Source: Fibrobacteria bacterium
GTDB taxonomy: Bacteria > Fibrobacterota > Fibrobacteria > UBA11236
NCBI GenBank assembly: GCA_043745805.1
Contig: JAYTSD010000020.1
Coordinates: forward strand, 128,001 to 192,000
Direction of reading: 5' to 3'
DNA length: 64,000 nucleotides
Positions 57,195 through 64,000 of this stretch are shown here, one piece after another. How positions within the stretch are numbered: position 1 is the stretch's first letter; every line of letters starts with the position of its first letter. The position numbers and the translations under genes were made by a program. The notes beneath the pieces are model-generated. The model searched no databases, was not told the origin of the DNA, and saw only the letters and a list, made by a program, of their open reading frames with translations.

Positions 57195-58266
57195 AAAATC
57201 CTCCGTATTCCATTAACAAAGCCGTTAACAGAATATTGAATAATGCTAAAGGGATTAAACGTGTCCAACCCAAACGCATCAGCTGATCCCAGCGAAAGCG
57301 TGGCAAAGTCCAACGTACCCACATAAAAAAGAAAATCATAAAAATTACTTTAGCGAGGAAAATTCCAAAGCTCACCAAAGCTAAAACATACCAAGGTAAG
57401 CCACTTAACAGGGAAAGACCAGGCAAAGTCCATCCGCCTAAAAAGAGAGTAACAATGATGCTACACATAGTAAACAAGGCGGCGTATTCACCCAACATAA
57501 ACCAAGCATAACGCATACCGGTATATTCGGTGTGATAGCCGCCGACCAATTCTTGTTCCGCTTCAGGCAAATCAAAAGGCGCGCGATTAGTTTCGGCAAA
57601 GGCTGCGACTAAAAACAAAATAAAAGTCAAAGGTTGGCGTAAAATATTCCAAGCAGGAATAAAACCAAACATTAAATGATCTTGGCCTTTCACAATTTCA
57701 CTCATATTTACAGAACCCGTCATCATCACTAAAGAGACCACGGCCATTCCCATTACTATTTCATAACTAATTAATTGCGCAGAAGAGCGCACGCCACCGA
57801 GCAAAGCATATTGATTATTGGAAGACCAGCCCGCAAAGGCAATGCCATAAGCGGCTAGCGAGGAAATAGAAAGTATCACTAATAATCCCATTTCAATATT
57901 AGAAATAGAAAGGACTCCATTTTCGCCGAGTAAAGTATTGGAACTAATACCTACGGGAATCATAGCGAAGGATAATACGCCAGGAATAAAAGCCATAATT
58001 GGCGCAGCCAAGAAAATTAATTTATCGGTATTATTCGGGAAAAAATCTTCTTTCCACATTAGCTTCACGGCATCGGCTATGCTTTGCAGTAATCCAAAGG
58101 GGCCTACGCGATTGGGACCTAAACGCAATTGAAAGCGGGCAGATACTTTACGCTCCATCCACACCATCATAGGAACAGCGGACATCACAATGCCCAAGCC
58201 AGCCAACATTTTAATCAGCAGGATGACTAAAGGATTTTGGATAATTTCTAAGGCGAGAGCTATCAT
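57184..58266 (-). CDS. nuoH: NADH-quinone oxidoreductase subunit H
   Basis: GPNRVGPFGLLQ, AETNRAPFDLPEAEQEL. Confidence 0.96.
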   Translation of the reverse strand: MIALALEIIQNPLVILLIKMLAGLGIVMSAVPMMVWMERKVSARFQLRLGPNRVGPFGLLQSIADAVKLMWKEDFFPNNTDKLIFLAAPIMAFIPGVLSFAMIPVGISSNTLLGENGVLSISNIEMGLLVILSISSLAAYGIAFAGWSSNNQYALLGGVRSSAQLISYEIVMGMAVVSLVMMTGSVNMSEIVKGQDHLMFGFIPAWNILRQPLTFILFLVAAFAETNRAPFDLPEAEQELVGGYHTEYTGMRYAWFMLGEYAALFTMCSIIVTLFLGGWTLPGLSLLSGLPWYVLALVSFGIFLAKVIFMIFFFMWVRWTLPRFRWDQLMRLGWTRLIPLALFNILLTALLMEYGGFYVR

Positions 58267-59705
58267 GCCTTCACCTTTGATTTTTGTTCGCGTGCGAGTT
58301 CCATCAAGATTTCAACTTCAGGACGGCCATAAGTCAGTGGTTCCATCACTGGCGTAAAACTCTGCGCTAAACCCTTGCCATTTACAAAGGTTCCCGATTT
58401 TTCAAAATGCGTGAGTGTAGGCAACGCTACGGCAATGTTACCGTAACGCAATAGTTCCGTTTCGGCGAAGTCCAATAAAATTACTTTTTGCGTGCGATCA
58501 AGTATGGATTTCAATTCCGCAGTCAATTTGAAATTGGGGATATTGTTCACCAAAATCAAGCAATCGATAATGTTTTTTTCTCCGGCCAATTGAGCAAGGG
58601 AAGCATCGGGGTCATTGCCAAAAATTTCTTTCACTCCGGAACGATTTGGGTTTTTATCTCCACTAATCGTGAAGCCCGGAAATACTTGATCCTTTTGACT
58701 GCCATTAGCATAGCTATAAATGGATCCATCAATATCATTGGATAAATTTTTCAAAGCTTGCAGAGCTTCATTGGTATTCCAAGCACTCGCGAGAATAACG
58801 GTTTTGCTTTGCAAAAGCTCGGCGGCTGCTTTGCGTGCGTCTTTCCAACTCACGGCTACACCTTCTACTAAAGGCTTGGCCAAACGCTTTTCATATACAT
58901 AAGGAAAGCTTAAACGACCAGCATCGCACATCCATTCTTTATTCACTTCATTATTGCGACGCGGGACAATGCGTTTGATGACATCTTTTTTATCCATGTC
59001 CACACGCGTGTTACAACCTATGGTGCAGTCGGGACAAATAGAAGGTTTTTCATGCAAATGCCAGACACGAGTTTGATAAAGAAAATCCGAAGATACTAAA
59101 GCGCCCACAGGACAAATATCCACGGTATTCAGGGATAAAGGATTATCCAAAGTTTGACCTGGGAATACAGCAATTTCGCTGCGGTCGCCACGATTAATCA
59201 CGCCGAGTTCTTTCGTGCCACTCACTTCATCGGTAAAGCGTACGCAACGTGTGCAGACAATACAACGCGAGCCCCAGTATTTCACATGTTGGCCCATAGT
59301 GGCTTTAGACTTAATCACTTTTTCTTCTTCAAAGCGGCCATGATCGCGGCCATATTCATAACTGTAGTTTTGCAAACGGCATTCGCCGGCTTGATCGCAT
59401 TCGGGGCAATCCAGCGGATGATTAATGAGCATAAATTCCATTACAGATTTACGCGCTTCTTCCACATCTTTACCCGTAGTGGTAACTTCCATGTTCTCCG
59501 TAACGGGCGTGGCACACGCGACCACTGGACGGGGCATACCTTTTACACCGACCATACAAATACGGCAATTACCGGCAACACTTAAATCGGGATGATAACA
59601 ATAATGCGGAACATCTATACCATTAGCATGACAGGCTTTAATCACCGTGCTATCGGCAGGAACGGTAAATTCCTGCTCATTGATTTTGATTTTAACTTCT
59701 TTCAT
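58263..59705 (-). CDS. nuoG: NADH-quinone oxidoreductase subunit G (short form)
   Basis: CYHP..GNCRIC, NHPLDCPECDQAGEC, CIVCTRC, CPDCTIGC. Confidence 0.9.
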   Translation of the reverse strand: MKEVKIKINEQEFTVPADSTVIKACHANGIDVPHYCYHPDLSVAGNCRICMVGVKGMPRPVVACATPVTENMEVTTTGKDVEEARKSVMEFMLINHPLDCPECDQAGECRLQNYSYEYGRDHGRFEEEKVIKSKATMGQHVKYWGSRCIVCTRCVRFTDEVSGTKELGVINRGDRSEIAVFPGQTLDNPLSLNTVDICPVGALVSSDFLYQTRVWHLHEKPSICPDCTIGCNTRVDMDKKDVIKRIVPRRNNEVNKEWMCDAGRLSFPYVYEKRLAKPLVEGVAVSWKDARKAAAELLQSKTVILASAWNTNEALQALKNLSNDIDGSIYSYANGSQKDQVFPGFTISGDKNPNRSGVKEIFGNDPDASLAQLAGEKNIIDCLILVNNIPNFKLTAELKSILDRTQKVILLDFAETELLRYGNIAVALPTLTHFEKSGTFVNGKGLAQSFTPVMEPLTYGRPEVEILMELAREQKSKVKA

Positions 59706-59731
59706 GCTTTCCTGCTCAGCGAATCAGCGCT

Positions 59732-61129
59732 TTAACGCTTTTCGGCTTCTTTCATTTTTTGCTTGGCGGTGGGCGTGATTTCATCGCGATAGCTGCGTTG
59801 GCGTTCCACGGTTTTCGCGGCTTTCACACGCGCTTCGAAGTCCGCTTTAAAATGTTGCAAATAACTTTGCATAGGCATGGCTGCGGCATCCGCTAATACG
59901 CAAATAGTGCGTCCACGCATGTTCTTGGCGATATCGCCTAACAATTCCACATCGCCTTCACGACCTTCATTATGATGAAAACGATGCGCTACTTTTTCCA
60001 ACCAACCTGTGCCTTCGCGACAAGGAGTGCACTGTCCACAACTTTCATGATGATAAAAGCGCATGGTATTATAAATGGACGACATCATATCGGTATCTTC
60101 ATTTAATACGGTGATGCCACCGGAACCCAACATGGAGCCTAAGCCTGCTATGCATTCATAATCCAAATTGGTTTGATCGAGCTTATCGGCCATAATCAAT
60201 GGCGCGCTCATGCCACCTGGAATAATGGCCTTTAATTTTTTGCCATCGCTTAAACCACCGCCTAATTTTTCAATCATATCGCGCATAGGGTAACCTAGCG
60301 GTACCTCATAAATTCCAGGTTTGTTTACCGCACCGGACAAACAGAAAATTTTAAAACCAGGGCTTTTTTCCGTGCCCCATTGCTTATGCCAAGCGGGGCC
60401 GTTTTTGAGAATATGCACTACATTGGCAATGGTTTCCACATTGTTCACAATAGTGGGACAGCCAAATAAACCGGACACCGCAGGGAAAGGCGGTTTAATT
60501 TTGGGATAGCCGCGACCACCTTCGATGGATGAAAGCATACCCGTTTCTTCGCCGCAAATATAGGCACCTGCACCGCGTATCACAGTGATTTTAAGATCAA
60601 AACCTTTGTCCAAAATATCTTTGCCGACCAAACCTTTTTGTTTGGCATCGAGCATGGCTTGCTGTAAGCGTTGATAGCCTAAAATAAATTCGCCGCGCAA
60701 ATAAATAAAAGCATGATGGCAACCAATAGCATAAGAGGTGAGAATAACCCCTTCGATTAATTGGTGCGGATCGCGTTCTAAAATATACCGATCTTTAAAA
60801 GTACCCGGTTCACTTTCATCGCCATTCACGGCGAGATAAATCGGTTTGCCGGTGCCTTTAGCTAAGAAACTCCATTTTTTGCCCGTAGGAAAACCCGCGC
60901 CACCACGTCCGCGCAAACCGCTTTCATCTATGGTTTTAATCATGGCAGCGGCATCGGAACCGATAAATTTCTTTACCGTATCGTAACCGCCACGTGACAA
61001 GTATTGTTCAATAGTATGCGAATCTTTATCATTAATATGTTTGAGCAAAACCGGCTCAAAGGGCACAATAGGCTTAGGTTCTGGAGCGGGTGCAGCCGCA
61101 GGTACCACAGGTGTTACTGGATCAGCCAT
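59732..61129 (-). CDS. nuoF: NADH-quinone oxidoreductase subunit F
   Basis: GRGGAGF, GAGAYICGEET, ESCGQCTPCREG. Confidence 0.96.
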   Translation of the reverse strand: MADPVTPVVPAAAPAPEPKPIVPFEPVLLKHINDKDSHTIEQYLSRGGYDTVKKFIGSDAAAMIKTIDESGLRGRGGAGFPTGKKWSFLAKGTGKPIYLAVNGDESEPGTFKDRYILERDPHQLIEGVILTSYAIGCHHAFIYLRGEFILGYQRLQQAMLDAKQKGLVGKDILDKGFDLKITVIRGAGAYICGEETGMLSSIEGGRGYPKIKPPFPAVSGLFGCPTIVNNVETIANVVHILKNGPAWHKQWGTEKSPGFKIFCLSGAVNKPGIYEVPLGYPMRDMIEKLGGGLSDGKKLKAIIPGGMSAPLIMADKLDQTNLDYECIAGLGSMLGSGGITVLNEDTDMMSSIYNTMRFYHHESCGQCTPCREGTGWLEKVAHRFHHNEGREGDVELLGDIAKNMRGRTICVLADAAAMPMQSYLQHFKADFEARVKAAKTVERQRSYRDEITPTAKQKMKEAEKR

Positions 61130-61766
61130 TTTTCCCTGCTTTATTTTTCAAATAAGGATCTTTATCTTCCATATGTCTTGCACCTGTATCCGCATCATGT
61201 TCAAAGCGTTGATGCACGGGAAGCGTAATCACTCGACCATCCATACGAATAGGTGTTTGGCCCTTATAGCTTTCGGAAGTTTTACCATGTTGCGCTAAAA
61301 GGCTATCGATATAATTGTCGAGCGCCGCGCCTTTCATTGAACAAAAATGTTCGCTGTCTTTTTGAATGACAGGAGGTTTATCGCAATCCGCTAAGCATTC
61401 CACTTTTTCACAAGAGAATAAGCCATCCGCTGTGCGTTCGCCCGCACCAATTCCGAGTTTAGCTTGGATTTGGTTTAAAGCTTGTTTGGTATCGCCGCCC
61501 ATTGAGCACATCAGTGTTGCGCAAACCATAAAACGATGTTGACCATGACAAGGGCGTTTAAAATGCGTGTAAAATGTTACCATGCCTTGTACATGCGAGA
61601 CACTCACTTCGCAAAGGTCAGCTACCATTTGCATCGCTTCATCATCGATAAAACCAAATTGCTCTTCGGCTAAACGTAAAGTCATCATTAAAGTCGAACG
61701 CTTATTGGGATACTCTTCGACATATTCTTGAAATGTCGCCATGCGCTCGGGGCTAAAGGTTTTCAT
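61122..61766 (-). CDS. nuoE: NADH-quinone oxidoreductase subunit E
   Basis: VTFY, CATLMC...ECLADC 2Fe-2S motif. Confidence 0.92.
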   Translation of the reverse strand: MKTFSPERMATFQEYVEEYPNKRSTLMMTLRLAEEQFGFIDDEAMQMVADLCEVSVSHVQGMVTFYTHFKRPCHGQHRFMVCATLMCSMGGDTKQALNQIQAKLGIGAGERTADGLFSCEKVECLADCDKPPVIQKDSEHFCSMKGAALDNYIDSLLAQHGKTSESYKGQTPIRMDGRVITLPVHQRFEHDADTGARHMEDKDPYLKNKAGKNG

Positions 61767-62974
61767 CGATCCAATTCTCCCGCGATAATATTAAAAGACG
61801 CCAACATCGCCACCAAATCGGCAATCATTGCACCAGGGAGCAATTTGCTGAATACCGGATAATTGATAAAAGAAGGGGGACGTATGCGTATGCGCCAAGG
61901 ATTAGAAGTGCCGTCGGAAACAATATGGAAACCGAGTTCGCCATTAGGCGCTTCCGTGCCGAAATACATATCGGTTACGGGGGCATGTATGCCATGATTT
62001 TCGCCCGGCATAATCATTTTAAAATGGTGAATCAAAGATTCCATATCTTTATAAGCGGAATTTTTGTCCGGTAATATTCTTTTTTGATCTGCAAATTGAA
62101 TCGGGCCGGGTTCCAATAATTTCAGAGCTTGGCGCACAATGGAAATACTTTGTTCCATTTCATCCAAGCGAATTTTATAACGCGCTAAAGTATCGCCTTG
62201 CGTATGAATAGGTACTTCAAAGTTCACTTCGGAGTAGCATAAATAAGGTTTGAATTTACGAATATCATAAGCCACACCCGAAGCTCTCGCCATGGGGCCG
62301 GTAATACCATAACTCAAAGCATCTTCTTTAGTAATAACACCAACACCTTGGGTACGATCTAAAAAAATGCGATTATTATAAAAGCTAGTGCGTAACTTAT
62401 CGATGGTGCCCTGCATTTCGTCGAGTATTTTTAATACACGCTTATCAAAGTCAGCGGGCAAGTCAAAAGCTAGGCCGCCCACGCGGGCATAGCTCGTGGT
62501 GAGTCGCGTACCGGTTACGGCTTCGAATACATCGTATAATTTCTCTCTATCCACAAAGGTCCAGAGAATAGCACTAAATGCGCCTAAGTCCATGGTCATA
62601 GCGCCAACCGACAAGCTATGATCGGCCAAGCGTGACAATTCGCACAAAATAGTACGAATGACTTGGCAGCGACGTGGCGTTTCGATACCCAGCAATTCTT
62701 CCACGGCTAATGCGAAGCCGATATTATTATTCAGTGGCGAAAAATAATTGAGACGGTCGGTGAGTGTGATGAATTGATTATAAGTGCGATATTCACCGAG
62801 CTTTTCAAAACCTGTATGTAAAAATCCAATTTCTTGCTCGGCAGCAACAATGCGTTCCCCGCGTACTTCCAGCTTCACGCGCAAAGTGCCATGCATGGCT
62901 GGATGCGAAGGGCCCACATTCATATGTACGGTGTTTTCAGTTTGGTCGACTATTTCTTTTTCGTAAGAATACAT
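61763..62974 (-). CDS. nuoD: NADH-quinone oxidoreductase subunit D
   Basis: GPSHPAMHGTLR, GFLHTGFEK, GELDR terminus. Confidence 0.96.
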   Translation of the reverse strand: MYSYEKEIVDQTENTVHMNVGPSHPAMHGTLRVKLEVRGERIVAAEQEIGFLHTGFEKLGEYRTYNQFITLTDRLNYFSPLNNNIGFALAVEELLGIETPRRCQVIRTILCELSRLADHSLSVGAMTMDLGAFSAILWTFVDREKLYDVFEAVTGTRLTTSYARVGGLAFDLPADFDKRVLKILDEMQGTIDKLRTSFYNNRIFLDRTQGVGVITKEDALSYGITGPMARASGVAYDIRKFKPYLCYSEVNFEVPIHTQGDTLARYKIRLDEMEQSISIVRQALKLLEPGPIQFADQKRILPDKNSAYKDMESLIHHFKMIMPGENHGIHAPVTDMYFGTEAPNGELGFHIVSDGTSNPWRIRIRPPSFINYPVFSKLLPGAMIADLVAMLASFNIIAGELDR

Positions 62975-62976
62975 GT

Positions 62977-63522
62977 CTAACTCTCTTGATTTTCTTTATG
63001 CGTGGCCTGATATACAGGGAAGCTTGAGCGCTCACCGCGGCCGCGCAAAGGATAGTCCTTGCGCAAAGGATGCCCTTCAAAATCATCGGGCATTAAAATG
63101 CGTTTTAAATCGGGATGACCCGTAAACTCAATGCCGTATAAATCAAAGACTTCGCGTTCAGTCCAATTGGCACCTGCAAAAAGTGAGGTAACACTGGCGA
63201 TACTCAATTCCGCTTCCGAAACAAAAGCTTGCACTTGCGTTTTGATTCCCAATTTAGTGGACATCAAAGTATAAGAGATTACAAAGCGTTCTAATTTTTT
63301 TTCCGGATAGTTCAAATAATCAATGCCAGCTAAGTCGATAAAATAATCAAAGGCGAGTTCGGCATCGTTTTTTAAAAACTCGATTAATGCAAAAGCATTT
63401 TCGGCTTTAACACGAAAGACATGGTATTGAGATTTTTCTTCGCGACTTAAAATTTTGTCGCTGGCAAAAGCTTCGACTTTAGTGACGAGCTTGAGATGGT
63501 TTTCGGGAGTATAAATCAACAT
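62977..63522 (-). CDS. nuoC: NADH-quinone oxidoreductase subunit C
   Basis: EREVFDLYGI..GHPDLKRIL..GHPLRKDYP; likely start ATG 63522. Confidence 0.93.
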   Translation of the reverse strand: MLIYTPENHLKLVTKVEAFASDKILSREEKSQYHVFRVKAENAFALIEFLKNDAELAFDYFIDLAGIDYLNYPEKKLERFVISYTLMSTKLGIKTQVQAFVSEAELSIASVTSLFAGANWTEREVFDLYGIEFTGHPDLKRILMPDDFEGHPLRKDYPLRGRGERSSFPVYQATHKENQES

Positions 63523-63541
63523 AGGCAAACAGCGAAAAAAC

Positions 63542-64000
63542 TTAAGCTTTATCGTCGGTGATAAATTCTTGCGCCTTTTCAATTCCTTTCTTGGCTTTCT
63601 CTTGCACCATCATGAGAGCGTCTAAGAACGCTTCAGGACGTGGAGGGCAGCCCGGCATATAGGCATCAACAGGGATAAATTGATCTACCCCTTGAATCAA
63701 AGTATAAGTATCAAACACACCGCCGCTAGAAGCACATGCACCCATGGAAATACACCATTTTGGCCCGGGCATTTGTTCCCAGATACGTAACAAAACCGGC
63801 ATCATTTTAATGGAGATACGTCCGGAGACAATCATCAAATCACTTTGACGAGGGGAAAATTTCATTACTTCAGATCCGAAACGAGCCGTGTCATATTTCG
63901 ACATGAAGGAGGCCATCATTTCAATACCGCAACAGGCGGTGCCAAAAGGCATAGGCCATAAACTATTGGCGCGCGCCCAGTTAATGGCGGTATTTACTGT
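63542..64000 (-). CDS. nuoB: NADH-quinone oxidoreductase subunit B (5' end outside the window)
   Basis: [41 protein letters not shown]. Confidence 0.95.
   Translation of the reverse strand, partial: TVNTAINWARANSLWPMPFGTACCGIEMMASFMSKYDTARFGSEVMKFSPRQSDLMIVSGRISIKMMPVLLRIWEQMPGPKWCISMGACASSGGVFDTYTLIQGVDQFIPVDAYMPGCPPRPEAFLDALMMVQEKAKKGIEKAQEFITDDKA

Overview
A ~40% GC bacterial chromosome segment, most likely from the Fibrobacterota (inferred from a TIGR02147-family gene with its partner lipoprotein and secreted proteins with C-terminal sorting-like domains). Core content: OmpA/lipoprotein pair, motAB, PiT/DUF47, a two-ATPase sugar/polyol ABC operon, a cobinamide salvage operon (btuFCD-cbiZ-cbiB), polA-coaE-pgsA, a PfkB kinase, guaB, metK-ahcY and nuoB-I. 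Accessory region 1 (~4.9-7.9 kb) holds a REP-associated tyrosine transposase (RAYT), two more RAYT fragments, an AlbA/RecG-like gene and a SIR2 stub. Accessory region 2 (~32.6-35.8 kb) holds a sigma54-type pilin gene and internally deleted IS481, IS3, DUF1016 and toxin genes among three families of palindromic repeats. Region 39.8-54.3 kb is a cluster of secreted carbohydrate-active and oxidoreductase genes. The most striking observations are (i) a pair of inverted palindromic repeats inserted in frame into polA, adding ~75-80 aa, (ii) RAYT fragments bracketing defence-type cargo, (iii) the TIGR02147-lipoprotein pair as a candidate regulator of the secreted-enzyme cluster and (iv) tandem GSDH-type paralogs with swapped binding modules. 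No rRNA, tRNA, CRISPR array or known riboswitch was seen. All calls come from motif recognition by eye; no database search was run.
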